Below, piece after piece: positions 1 to 37,099 of a stretch of 64,000 nt of DNA (its first letter is position 1; every line of letters starts with the position of its first letter). Made by a program: the position numbers and the translations under genes. The notes under the pieces are model-generated. The model was given only the letters and a program-made list of their open reading frames with translations, was not told where the DNA came from and did no database searches. Source of the DNA: Azolla caroliniana (taxonomy: Eukaryota; Plantae; Polypodiophyta); contig JBHGNT010000014.1 in NCBI GenBank assembly GCA_043228905.1, forward strand, positions 18,166,001 to 18,230,000, given 5' to 3'.

Positions 1-1
1 G

Positions 2-958
2 ATTCATCACCAAGGCTGGCCCCTTACCGGTCTTTCCGGTTCCGGATCCTCCTGATCCGTTTGCGTAATGCGAGTTTTGCCGGCCACCCTTACCGGTCTT
101 GCCGGATCCGGATTTGTCCGAATCGGCACGCTTTCTCCAGCACTCGCTTTCCCTATGGCCTTTTTTGCCACAGTACCAACATTCCGTAGCGGATTTGTCT
201 TGCCGGCCTCCGGCACCGCCTTGACTCCCCCTACTTGTGGAAGTCCCGGAACTGCTGTCGGCACACTCATAGTGCCTTCGTTCCTGCTCTTGTCGGCCGC
301 CTCCATTGCGTGCCGACCCACCTCTTCCACCACGCCCACGGAGCCGATCCGTTCCCGTGTACAACATTTGGCTGTCCGGGGATGCACTGGTAGATGCACC
401 GGCGTGGTTCTCCTCTACAAGGAGCATCGATTGTAAGTCAAAGAATGAGGGGGTATTCTCCCTTGTACACACTGCAGTCCGGAACGCTCTGAACTTGGAC
501 GCCAGGCCTCCGAGACATACCTGCACCATCTCATCTTCCTCTACGGTAACATTGATAGAGGCGAGCGAGTCGCAGATTTCCTTTATCCGGCCCGTGTAGT
601 CTGCCACGAACATGTTCTTCTGTCGAACATTGCTCAACTCCTGTCTCAGTTGCAGCTTCCAGGCAGTGGTGCTTGCGGCGAAAACCTTTTTCAGGTTCCC
701 CCAAGCATCCTTCGGTGTCTTGGCGTCACGGATGTGGCTGAGCAGCTGATCGCCGACACTGGACGCGAAGCAGTACATCACCCTGCTTGCCGCCTGTTCC
801 CATACCTGGAAGTCCTTGTGTGCCGAGTCGGGCGCCGCATCATTCGCTCCTTCGACATAACTCCAGTACCCGTGTCCAAGCAGGTACTGGTGCATCTTGT
901 AAGACCAGGATGCGTAGTTGCTCCTGTCGAGCTTCTCCACCGGGAGCGACGTAGCCAT
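2..958 (-). CDS. Copia Gag polyprotein, partial; open to the window edge
   Basis: Manual translation from ATG 958 gives MATSLPVEKLDRSNYASWSYKMHQYLLGHGYW...KLQLRQEL... and the zinc knuckle CWYCGKKGHRESECW. No stop codon before base 1, so it is absent from the ORF track. Confidence 0.85.
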   Translation of the reverse strand, partial: MATSLPVEKLDRSNYASWSYKMHQYLLGHGYWSYVEGANDAAPDSAHKDFQVWEQAASRVMYCFASSVGDQLLSHIRDAKTPKDAWGNLKKVFAASTTAWKLQLRQELSNVRQKNMFVADYTGRIKEICDSLASINVTVEEDEMVQVCLGGLASKFRAFRTAVCTRENTPSFFDLQSMLLVEENHAGASTSASPDSQMLYTGTDRLRGRGGRGGSARNGGGRQEQERRHYECADSSSGTSTSRGSQGGAGGRQDKSATECWYCGKKGHRESECWRKRADSDKSGSGKTGKGGRQNSHYANGSGGSGTGKTGKGPALVMN

Positions 959-1098
959 GCCTCTATCCATGTCTTCTACTGTGTCTGTTTCTGTTAGGGT
1001 TTTCTTCTTAAGAGTAAATGTCTGCAGCAGAGGTTCTCAACCCTCGCGCTCTGATACCATGTGAACGTAAGTGTTTGCGGAAGCGTAAAACAGAGAAC

Positions 1099-1101
<3 letters not shown>

Positions 1102-1163
<62 letters not shown>
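1102..1163. repeat. (GA)n microsatellite inside the LTR of element A
   Basis: Direct reading. Confidence 0.95.
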
Positions 1164-1168
<5 letters not shown>

Positions 1169-1472
1169 AGAACACAATTTCAAAATTATATCAAAACTCT
1201 GTACACACACAATGCTAAGTAGCACTATTTATACAAGTCCTCTTGGGACTGACAGAAGTACCATGTACTTCAATGCTCACAGGAGCATCTGACACTTACT
1301 ACGAGACTATAGCTACCTAGTAGTCTATCCTATACTAGGCTTCCGATTGGACTTCCGGTTACGGATTGCACCCGGCCTCCACTGCTTGCCGGTTCGGTTG
1401 CTCAGCGTAATACCGATCTGTTTCGCCCGATCCGTCTCGCTTACCGGCTCCGGTTGAGCTTGCCGCTCAACA

Positions 1473-2554
1473 CATTTTTCGGAGATGCTCGGCATTCAGC
1501 ATCTCGATGTGCCGTACTTGAGGGGGAGAACAGGAACATGAAAGAATGGCACCGGATAAGGACCCGGAGAGGAAGAAAGAACCAAGGGGGGAGATAAGCA
1601 TAAAAAGGAAACTGAGCAACAAGTCAGAGCAAACGTCAGCAGCGGTAGAGTCAAGAAGGACAGAGCCGACCGGAAGAAGGCCAAGACCCGGACGTGGTCT
1701 GATGTGGTGAAGGGCCTAGAAACGGAAGACAAGTTGGAGACTACCAGTTCGGACAAGAGTTGGAACGAATAAGAGGAAGCCGATTCGGTTCAAGATTTGG
1801 AGACGTTGGATCAACTAAAGCCCAAGCAGACGAGAAGGCAATGAAAGTCGACACTGACACGGAGGAACCGATGGATCGACAAGCGCCAGAGTCATAACAG
1901 CGAACGAGTTGAAATGGGCTTGTTGAGTAGACAAGCCGACCAAGGAGGTCGAGGTGCGCAGTACCGGACGGGTCGCGGGAAGCGGAACCAGACCGAATGA
2001 GGAGCGTGAGCAAGGTGGGAGGACGTCAGAAGGAGTCGGAGGAAAGGACCGGCTACTGCAGACATTGACACCACGATCCGACCTCAAGTTGAGCTTGAGG
2101 GGGAGTGTTGAGCGAGCGAGCTCAACCGGATCCGGATTGGCTGAATAAGCCAGAACCGGACCGGTATCCGGATCGGAGAACCAGATCGATGTCCCTATGA
2201 TATCCAGAACCAAGAGCCGGATCGGATACCCGTATTAGATTGAAACCGATAGGCCGTTAGAGGCCTACGGATCCAACCTAGTACGTAGGCATATTTTTGG
2301 GGATCAGTGATAGTCACTTATGTGAGCATTGAAGTACCTGTCAGTACTTTTGTCAGTCCTTTATGAACTTGTATAAAAGTGTTCTGTGAGCACATTCTAT
2401 GTACAGAATATTGAGAGTATTATTTTGAATAGAGTTTTATGCTCTCTCTCTCTCTCTCTCTCTCTCCTGCGTACACGTACTCTCTGTGTGTGTTGAGTTT
2501 TCCTTTCATCGTATGTTGTTATACGGCTGAGCCGGTTTGTCAAGCGCGTTCACA
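1473..2554 (+). mobile_element. Ty1/copia element B, 3' end (RNase H C-terminus, extension, PPT, 3' LTR 2106-2554), interrupted by element A
   Basis: 1473 onward translates HFSEMLGIQHLDVPYLRGR, a copia RNase H end. PPT TTGAGGGGGAG at ~2095-2105 precedes an LTR TGTTGAGCG...CGTTCACA with the same termini as element A. Confidence 0.85.
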
Positions 2555-4048
2555 CGTTTACTTTGACAACTATAATGATTAACCACCACCATAAAGTTTG
2601 CCCTAGTTGTATTCATACTTATACAACTTTCTGGTTATTTACATACATAGCCCACAAAGGGCACAATCAGACTATTTACATATATGGTCTCCTGGATTCG
2701 GTTTCGGTTTTCGATCTCGGCCTCGGCCGAAATACTCATTGACTCCACCCGATTCGATTCGTTCTCTTCCCATCTTGAGGGACCAGTTTCCCAACAAAAC
2801 GAAGAATGAAAGGCCCAGAATAAACCCTCCCGGGAGGGAGGCACCTTATTTCCATTAGATGCAAATGTCCCTTTCCCCATATAAAAGTAAAATAAAGGAA
2901 TATATCATAATGTGCCCTCTCTATCAAAGAATTAAACTCTACACCTCCCACACACACATTGAATGGCCCTAACCACTAAGCCATTCACATTCAAATAATT
3001 TATTTTATCTTCCCATTTTTTGCCCTCTTTCCCATGTGCTACACATTCCACCATAACATTCTTAATCTCGAATATGTGCTTTGCGCTTGCATGCATGTAT
3101 CAACACTAGATTACAATATTACATCGTATTACCAAGTTATAGTCCCACTTTGCATCACAATATTGCATTGTCCAAAATCGGGGTTTAGTAGAACCATGAA
3201 TTTTGTTTGCAACTTGATAGCGTCGTTTATATATCTAATAATTTCTTGTGGTTGCCACAAGCTGTCTTGCCCATGTTGCCTCCATGTTGTTAGCATTACA
3301 TTAATTGCCGATCTATTTTGGATATACAATGCACAAAATAACTTATGTAGTCAACTAAGCTCTTGCCCACTCATATTCATTTCGTTGTGCCATATTTGAA
3401 AGGATTTCATTTCCTTTTTGGTCGAGTAAACTCCTTATCCAAGCATTTTCCGGAAACATCATGAGGAATCCATTGTTGGTATTCGGCTATTCGACATGAT
3501 TTTGGGGCAAATGTTGCGCACGCTCGTTGTGTAAACAAACGCTTTTGTAGAATTATTGCTTTCACAACCTTCTTACTCAAAATTATGAGTTGCTAAAAAG
3601 CATAAAAATATCCTTATGTGTGTCTATGACCATTTAAATCTCAACAACTAATTTGAATAATTTTGGATTCAATGCAACATAACCAATACCTCATGTATCA
3701 ATGATAACTTTACAAATCATTATCATCATTATTTTATTGTATCTTATTTAAAGCTTGATAGTGAGAAAAGTGTGTAGTTGAGGAGGAGAGGAAACACCAC
3801 CATTAGAACCAAACCGAAAGAGAACGTCAATGAAAGAAAAAGGAAAAAGACAAAATAGAGTAAAATAAAGAGGGACAGAAAAGAAGTGATGAAAAGGAAA
3901 TAAATAAGGAAAAGAAAACCAATATGTGACACCACGATGAATATCTACTAAAGCGCACTACAATTGGTTGGCGCTTCATTGGCCACCAGAACACTTGTGA
4001 AGGTTCTTGTGATCAATAACGAGGAATCAACCAATTATCAACACAAAT

Positions 4049-4230
4049 ATATGAAGATTTAGAGAACTAGATGGGCAATTCCCATGCAATAGAAACGAAT
4101 AAATACATATGTGCGCATTAGAGAGAGAGAGAGAGAAATATATGAAGATTTAGAGAACTAGATGGTTAGTCCCCATGCAATAGAAATGAACAAATACATA
4201 TGTGCGTGTTAGAGAGAGAGAGAGAGAGAT
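4049..4230 (+). repeat. Two ~90 bp tandem units each ending in (GA)n; a related unit lies at ~10060-10100
   Basis: atatgaagatttagagaactagatgg..cccatgcaatagaaa..aaatacatatgtgcg..ttagagag occurs twice. ctagatgggcagtccccatgcaatagaa occurs at ~10061. Confidence 0.75.
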
Positions 4231-4677
4231 GAAATTTCTTGAAACTCAGCTAGCGGCCGCCAAGGGTCAATATAGACTAAATTACTATTATAAAATACTC
4301 GCACACGAGATAAATCTATCTCGTTGTTCTTCAGTTCGAAACACAACCTCAAAAAAACTTCGTGGACATTTATACACGTCTTCCACGTTGTTCCTACCTA
4401 CCATTGCGCCACCCAATGTACCAAAGGATTTTTTCCTGTAAATAAGCAAATAATGCCTCTCTCATGAAACATGGAAAACGCCTTTAAAATCACTTGATCA
4501 ATTAGCTTGTTCACTTAAATATACATTGTGGAAGAAAAAATCAAAATTGGGTATGGGTTGGGTATCATGGAACAATATTTGTACTCCAAAACAGTTATGG
4601 GGAGTTACATTACTAAATTTGGAGGATCATATGGTGGCTCGAACATTCAATTTGTTGAAAGATATGTGCATAGGTAT

Positions 4678-7487
4678 TGTTGAGAGATCAAGCTCAACTT
4701 AGTTTAGTTATTTAGTCAACCATGTAACTTCGTAGTTACCTAGATAGAATCTAGTTAGGAGTGTTGACTATAATGCCTTAAATAGGACCTTGTGCTTAAG
4801 TGGGATATTCTAGATCCTCCACTCCTAAGTACATTTAATATAGGACTTACACTTTAGTACCTATATATCTACTCACACATGTGCACCTTTGCACATGAGA
4901 TGTATATATACCTCATAATTAACCGTAGTTAATAACCTAATTCTTAACATGGTATTAGAGCGCGTGGTTTAGCACATCCACTAAGCCCATCCGCCTCTTC
5001 ATAATTGTGTGTTCGAAACGCCGACAACAAATTCTGCCTATTCGCTATCGTAGTGCCGCTACGTAGCACGAGTAAGTGATCGAGCGAAGGAAATCGAAAA
5101 AGGAAGACACTACATCAAAATGAACACACAAATGGGTAGCTCACTCCCTAGTGAAAAGCTAGACCGGAGCAATTATTCATCTTGGGAGTACAAGATGACC
5201 CAATACCTTGTCGGCCAAGGGTATTGGAGCTATATCAACGACGCACAAGAAAATCGACCTGACTCAAAGAACGCCGACTACGCAACATGGGAGCAAGCGG
5301 TGAGTCGAGTCATGTATTACTTGGCAACATGTGTTCACAACCACATGCTTAGCCACATTCGAGACGCCAAGACGTCTAAAGAAGCGTGGTTGAACTTAAA
5401 GAAAATGTTCACCGACAACCCAACCGCCCGAAAGCTTCAACTCCGACAAGAGTTGAACAACATGCAACAAAAAGACATGTCTGTGTCAGACTACACCGCC
5501 AAGATCAAGAGCATTTTCGACTCGCTTGGCTCCATCAAAATAAATGTCGACAAAGACGAGATGGTTCAAGTATGCTTGGGCGGCCTCGCACAACGATTCG
5601 GCTCGTTGAGGACGACAATCTTGGCTAGGGAAAATCCTCATTCGTTCTTCGACATTCAATCAATGCTAATGGTTGAAGAGAACCACGTCCAAACCAAAAC
5701 CAAGACATCAGAAGGACAAATGTTCTTCTCTAATTCAGATGGTGGCCAAGGACGAGGTCGAGGCGGTAGAAGAGGTTGATTCGACCCATCACACTAAGGG
5801 AACTAAAACCTTCGACAACAAGACGGAAGCCATCAAGGAACCTTTAGAAGAAGGGGGAGCTTCCATGCCGAACAAGGTCAGCAAATGAGGCCCGAAACTT
5901 GCAACTATTGCGGAAAAATCGGCCACAATGAGGAGTGCCGAAAAAGAAGAAGTGAGTTTGCTTCGACAAGTCGACAACTCACGAATTACACCACCAACTC
6001 TGAATACGATGATTACGACTGACTATTCATAATGAGGCATAGAGCGAACTTTATGTCGACCTCCAACTCCGCCAGTACCTCCAATTCGGAAGACGTGTGG
6101 TTCGTCGATTCCGACGCCTCACATCATATGACGTCATACCAAGAGTGGTTTCGTGACTTACGAACGTTGGACCGACTCGGCTTCATAGAGATGGGAGATG
6201 ACACCACACATCCCATTTGGCACATTGGCAATGTCCCATTCGGGAAAGAAGGCGAACAAACTTGCATCAAGAATGTCTTGCACGTGCCCACAATAACGAA
6301 GAATTTGGTCTCGGTCGGCCAAATCGTGGAGCAAGGCATGCAAGTCCGCTTCAACAACGAAGGTTTTTTCATCGAGAAAGATGGCCGACTCATAGCCAAG
6401 GGACGAAGAGACGATCGAATGTTCATCCTCGATTCGAACGAGGTGAAATAAGCCATGTATGCCAAAGGTCTCAAAACCGAGACAAGCATCGAGTTGTGGC
6501 ACAAAAGAATAGGCCACATAAACCTCCAACGACTTCGAGCAATGCAATCAAAGGGAGTCGTCATCGGACTTCCGACATTCGAGTCGAAAAGAGTCGACCG
6601 AGTATGCGAAGCATGCCAACTGGGCAAACAACATCGACTCACCTTCCCGAAGGAGAGCTATGCAAGCAAAGGCCTCCTCGACATCATACACTCGGATATA
6701 CGGGAACCGGCTCAAACGCCAATGATCGGCGGATGCTGATTCTACGTCACCTTCATTGATGTTTACTCGCGCAACGCGTGGATCTTCCCGATGAAGAAGA
6801 AGAGCGAAGTGTTCTCCCATTTCCAAAAGCTCAAGGGCCAAGTCGAAAAAGAAATTGGTCGGCACATTCGATTCCTGCGATCGGACGGAGGAAAGGAGTA
6901 CTTCTCCGATGAATTCACCTCCTACCTCCAAAGTGAAGACATTTGGAGAGAATTCTCGTGCTGACACACACCCCAACAAAATGGAGTAGCCGAAAGGAAG
7001 AATCAGCAAATACTCGAGGTAGCACGCGCCATGATGCATGAGAAGCACGTGATGAACTTCTATTGGGCTAAATCGGCATCCATAGTTGTCTATCTCATGA
7101 GAAGCACATGTTGAACTTCTATTGGGCTGAAGCGGCATCCATAGTTGTCTATCTCATGAACCAGAAGGAAGCTGATCCTGTCGCACCTCAAGGTGTTCGG
7201 AAGCATTGCGAATGTACGCATCCCAAATGAACAACGACAGAAGCTCGACACGAAGTCGGAGGAATGTATCTTCATAGGATACTCATTCGAGAAGAAGGCA
7301 TACAAGTGCTACAACCCTTCTACTCGAGCGGTTCGAGTAAGTCGAGACATAATCTTTGACGAGTCTGCATCCTGGTACGCACTAGAGACGACTTTGACTT
7401 CGACTCCACTTGACCCGGAATCCACCGAACAAGATGTAGAAGATGGAGATCGCTTCGAACACATGTTCGAAGAAAGTCCGATTACGA
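4678..7487 (+). mobile_element. Degenerate Ty1/copia element C (5' LTR 4678-4949, PBS, gag, protease, integrase), truncated before RT
   Basis: LTR TGTTGAGAG...TTCTTAACA and PBS TGGTATTAGAGC (4950-4961). Gag ORF 5120-5779, zinc knuckle CNYCGKIGH (~5900), protease WFVDSDAS, integrase LWHKRIGH...CEACQLGK and QNGVAERK. Several stops and frameshifts. Confidence 0.92.
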
Positions 7488-8488
7488 TGTCGCGGTAATC
7501 CGCGCACGCACGTTAGATATAGGGCGGGACCACTGGGGTCTTGGACCTGGGAGAGACGGAGCGTAGAAGGTCTTGGACCTAGGAGAGACGGAGCGTAGAA
7601 GGTCGTGCTTCCCCGTTTTCGGGGACCGGCCCAAGAGTGTACCGGAAGCAACCAAATGGAGAGGGAGAGTGAGAGAGAGAGAGAGAGTAGAATGCGCATG
7701 CAACGCTGACTCAACACACGCCTCTTATGTACAGGAAACGGAAAGACGAAAACACACCCGACACCAATAGAGACACAGATATGCACAACCTTATGTATGT
7801 ATATATACAAGACAACAAGATACAACATCGGCTTCGAGCCGGACTAAGATAGATTAGGTTACAACAACCGTCTCTCGCCAAGCCGCCGAGCGAGGAGCTC
7901 TCGGGCTCGTCGCGTCGAGCGGGGTCTTACACAAGAGACGGAGTAGAAACGAAACCGCTAGTACATGCGAACTCTCAACCAAACTGAACCCCAAGTGGGT
8001 ATGAAGTAAAGGAACCCTCGTAACGACGAAGGAGAAGACCTCCAAGAAACCCTAACAGAAAATAAGTAGGAAAGAAAGAAAGGAACGAAAGCTACCATAC
8101 TTTAGACCTAAGTGGTATACCCTCCTAACTCAAAATGGGCAACCCTTTTACAAGGGACCCTCCCTTCGTTTTATAGCACAAGGAGGGAGGTGCGTAACAA
8201 TGTGGGATAAATTCCATATTACATGGGATTCTCTGTCCCGACTTAAACTCCTATTTGATGCCATAAAGGCACCCCATTATCTTACATGTGTATACAAGGG
8301 TGAGTGCTCATGCCGCAACCAACCGATATTCCCATTAGCCCTGATTTTCTCACTATGGCCGTGAATCTCCATGACAACGACAAGGCTTAGTGGGCCACAA
8401 GAGCCCCCGCGCGACCCAAGCACATTGCGGCGAAGTACGACCTTGGACAAAGGCAAAGGTAAGATGCCCGGATACGAAGTCGACCACA
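7488..8488 (-). mobile_element. Putative ~1 kb solo LTR of a different family
   Basis: TG...CA termini (tgtcgcgg ... cgaccaca) and an abrupt change of composition at the integrase truncation. A TATA-like GCTATAAAA lies on the - strand at ~8170. The flanks do not match as a TSD (tacga / atgct). Confidence 0.55.
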
Positions 8489-9960
8489 ATGCTTGAAATT
8501 ATTTCATTAGAACCCACCTAAGGGTAGAAACAATATTAATTCCTTGGCAATAGAGGTGTTGCCATCTTCAAGGATAATACATTGGGATGGAAAAGAAAAC
8601 CTAAATACACAGTTTAATCGAATGGTGAGGCTGGGCTTGGTAACGGTGGAAGATGGTACATTAGAGTCATGTAGGAAAATAATGGCCTTTCGAACATTTA
8701 GAAATAAGTTTCATATACCACGTGGATATGGGTATATTTGGGAATCAATATTGGCATTGCCTAGTGTTAATAATTAGGTAATTAAATACAATTAATTAGG
8801 GTCTAATTATGTGAGTGTTGATAAAGGAGCGATAGATTATGTGATTTGTGTGTGTATGTGTGTGAGAGGAAGAGAGAGAGGAAGATACACTTGTGAACAA
8901 TAATATAAATGGGGGATGATTAACAAGAGTGTAGCTAAAGACCTTTCTCTATATTAATAAGCATCAAAATACAACGATACCCACAATGTGGTATATATAC
9001 ATCTCATGTGCAAGGGTGCACATGTGTGAGGAGAATATAGGTACAAGGATGTAAGTCCTGTATTCAATGAACTTGGTAGTGGAGGATCTAGAATGTATCC
9101 CAGTCGAGTACAAAATCCTATTTAAGACTTAAGGTCAACACTTCTGACTAGATTCTAGTTTATGTAACAACTAAGTTGCATGGTTGACTAAATAGCTAAA
9201 CCTAGTTGAGCTTGATATCTCAACACTAGATTAGTTTTCCTGCTTCCAGAGTTGGCGGTTGAGGACCCATGGAAAGAATGGTCGTTTGGTATTGGACAAT
9301 CAATTTTTGTGGTGAACACTAATGATGTATACCATAAGTTGGTTGAAGATAGAGCCTAGTTAGCAACTAAGGTTTTAAACACATGGTACATTACTCGACA
9401 TGTAAAGTGGCGGCGTAGAGTTTTGGATGCAAGATGGCAGTCTCATCTTCCGTTCTGTGCTAAGGTGTTTCTTTTGCGTGTGATTGTTGGTGCGTTGCCT
9501 TTGGCGATGGCTTTAAAACGTAGAAATATTTCAAATGGGACATGTTTTTTTTGCACGGTGGTTGAGGAAGATGCCAGACATAGGTTCATTACATGTCCGA
9601 TTCCTAAAGCCATTTGGGTTGTTATATCACAAATTTAGGCATCGATAACAAGCAATATTCTATCGCCTTTTAACTAGGTTTTTATTAATGACGATAAAGG
9701 CATGCCCACATCATCATATAAGGTCGTGTTGGACTACCTTAGGTATTGGGGGATATGATTTAATTGGACCATGAGAAATGGGTTCTTGTTTGATGGACTT
9801 CATGGGGTAACACAACAACTCCGTAGGATGAAAGGGAAGTTGATGTGGCAATTTTCGCAACTATGTTGTTTGGGGACGTTGTGCCAAGAGGAGATAGATG
9901 TATGTCATCTCGTTTTGCAACACTTGAGAGGGTTTCCCTTGCATTATCACTATTCATGAT
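8489..9960 (+). mobile_element. Degenerate L1-type LINE 3' region (zf-RVT-like), split by a solo LTR
   Basis: ORF 9423-9638 has LRVIVGALPL...CFFC...ED.RHRF..C...KAIW. The reading frame ESILALP|RLVF rejoins across the LTR insertion. A second copy lies at 52274-52500. Confidence 0.7.
8765..9225 (-). mobile_element. Solo LTR of the element C family
   Basis: The reverse complement reads TGTTGAGATATCAAGCTCAAC...ACCTAATTATTAACA, matching LTR 4678-4949. It is flanked by a duplicated CTAG. Confidence 0.85.
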
Positions 9961-10019
9961 GTAGTGAAGATAGGAAGGGTTGTATTATCATCTTGTTTTA
10001 ATAACAAACATTAATTTAC

Positions 10020-10062
<43 letters not shown>

Positions 10063-10639
10063 AGATGGGCAGTCCCCATGCAATAGAAGCACACACATAA
10101 AAAGTTGGGATGGATGTAGCAAGGACGGAAAGCGAGCGAATCTGATGTTGAAAAAGAAAAGAAGAAGATCCTCCTCATTCAATGCAAATGCATGTCCCAT
10201 TAGCCACAACCAACACACACATGTACAATTACATATACATATACACAATGTACATATGTATATGTATATGATGGTGGCATGTAAGGTGCGTGGGTGAGCT
10301 TGCTATGATGCATACAAAGATGGCGAAAGGGCTTATTTATAAGAGGCCGTGTTTTCGAATAGAGATCGACCGAAGACGTCCGGGTCAGCCCTTCGAAGCA
10401 CATGGATTTGATCGAGTGTCATGCAATGCAATCCCTCCCTCCAAAAGTGTTGCCACGCTCCTAACCCATCGTCCGGTAGTCCTCCGGAAAAATTTGATTG
10501 CCCGCCCGCCCATAGCACAAACTACCCATATTTCATTACTTTCTTGGCATCAAAGATTTGTCCTAGGAGTGGGGAATGCGATGCAAGCTATCTATCGATC
10601 ACAAACAATCCAATGCGATTCTGATTGGGTCAGAATTCG

Positions 10640-10838
10640 AATGGAATCCATCCATCCATTTCAATCCATCCAATCCATCCAATCCATTCATCCATTCCAA
10701 TCCATCCATCCAATCCATCCATGCCAATCCATCCAATCCATCCATCCATCCATCCATGCCAATCCATCCAATCCATCCATCCATCCATCCAATCCATTCA
10801 TCCATTCCAATCCATCCATGCCAATCCATCCGATCCAT
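10640..10838. repeat. Degenerate (ATCC)n / (AATCCATCC)n tandem array upstream of ABCC
   Basis: Direct reading; it produces the low-complexity ORFs at 10576-10918. Confidence 0.9.
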
Positions 10839-11167
10839 GGAGGTGTTTCTACTCCTCTTCTCTTTCTCTTTTTGATGCGTGAGGAGTAAGCCATGGATCT
10901 CTCTCTCTCACTCTTCAAGAGTCTGGGTCAAATTGGGGCATGGCCTGCAGAAGTCAATGGCTGATGACAGAGAGGGTGACCTAATCCTTCAGCATTTCAT
11001 TGCTCGCTTGTTTGCAGCTTTCCCTTGTCATTGTCACATCTTTTTTGTCTTCTCTTTCTTTCCAGGACTCCACTATGTACCCCTAACTACCAAGGAAATG
11101 AACTGCTTCTCGTCTTAAAATGTCTCATGAGATCCATCGCCGCCCATTTCGCAATAGCTCCCTTGCA

Positions 11168-11261
11168 TACCCTAATTTCACCCTAACTTCAAGACCACCC
11201 TCACTTTAAAACCCTAATCCCAGAACCGTACCTCCCAATTCCTTAATTTGCAAAACCCTAA
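11168..11261 (+). promoter_or_regulatory. Cluster of telo-box-like CCCTAA / AAACCCTAA motifs upstream of the ABCC ATG
   Basis: AAACCCTAA at 11209 and 11253, plus two more ACCCTAA within 100 bp. Telo-boxes are known plant promoter elements. Confidence 0.35.
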
Positions 11262-11492
11262 TATCAAATCTCTAGTGTCTCCCTATTTGGAAATGACTGA
11301 CAAAACCCAAATTTCACACCCAAGCTGCAAAAATGTTTGACCTTACCTGAAAATCTCTAATCGCAATATCCTGGCCCTAGCTATTAAACTGCCAAATCCG
11401 TGCTTCATGGTGACATTTTGCAAGAAATAGGGGACCAACAATTATTTTCCTTCTTTTATCTGCCTTTATTTCATCATAATCAACACCATCTC

Positions 11493-36336
<24,844 letters not shown>

Positions 36337-37099
36337 GACATTCTAAGTTCAACACATAAGAAAAAGAAGTAATAAAGGTTGTCTACACAAGTCGGCATGC
36401 CATTTAATCTACCCAAAGTTCTGGAAGAAATTAGGAGTGGATTACGTGTTTGAGCACAATTTTATGTTCAATTGATTTTGAATTGTCAATGAAGAGGATT
36501 TATACCAGTTTTACCTACTACAAATCTGAATTCCAATTCGCACCCACAAAATATGGTATTTTTGGATTGTCAGCAAGTTGTAAAAATAATTGCGTACTTT
36601 ACAAGTTTCCCTTTTAATAAGGTATTGATATGAATGTATCCAAAGCATGTGTTCATTTTCTTCACTATCACTCACTCCACTAGTATTACTTGACTTTTCG
36701 TCTTATGGTAAGCCAATGCTGATTTCACTTCTATTATCTGCTTTTGGCCTTTATAGGCCAATGATCATAGATTAAGAGCAACGTTCTTCTCTTTCAGTTT
36801 TTTATTTTTTCTCTTGAAAAAGACAATTGTGGAATAAGCCTATGAAAAGCATATCAATGCAATACATATCAAGAAATTATTTAGATAACGGTAAAAGAAA
36901 ATTATGCCATTGTAAGTAAACGTGCAAATAAATCATAGCTCTAAAGAGAGATTAGAACAATGAAATGCATCTCAATAAAGAGAATATTAATGGAGCTCCC
37001 ACCAATGCTCCCATATATGGTATCTACTTCATTGTTTGGAAAAGAAACCACGAAAGAATTCCCTTTAGCCATAATTTCAGACCTAAATGAATTCTCTGT

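Larger units (their letters stand above)
1..1472 (-). mobile_element. Ty1/copia LTR retrotransposon A, 5' part (5' LTR 1060-1472, PBS, gag); continues beyond the left edge
   Basis: On the - strand the LTR reads TGTTGAGCG...CGTTCACA, followed directly by the tRNA-Met PBS TGGTATCAGAGC (1048-1059) and then a gag ORF. Confidence 0.9.

Noticed and set aside
7-997. ORFs 7-399(-), 68-436(+), 306-599(+) and 650-997(+)
   Set aside because: They are alternative or antisense frames of the GC-rich gag ORF.
6124-7138. Antisense ORFs of 129-196 aa over copia C
   Set aside because: They shadow the pol sequence and have no recognisable domain.
10290-10918. ORFs of 76-199 aa with SIHP / WMDG repeats
   Set aside because: They are artefacts of the ATCC tandem array, which is open in several frames.
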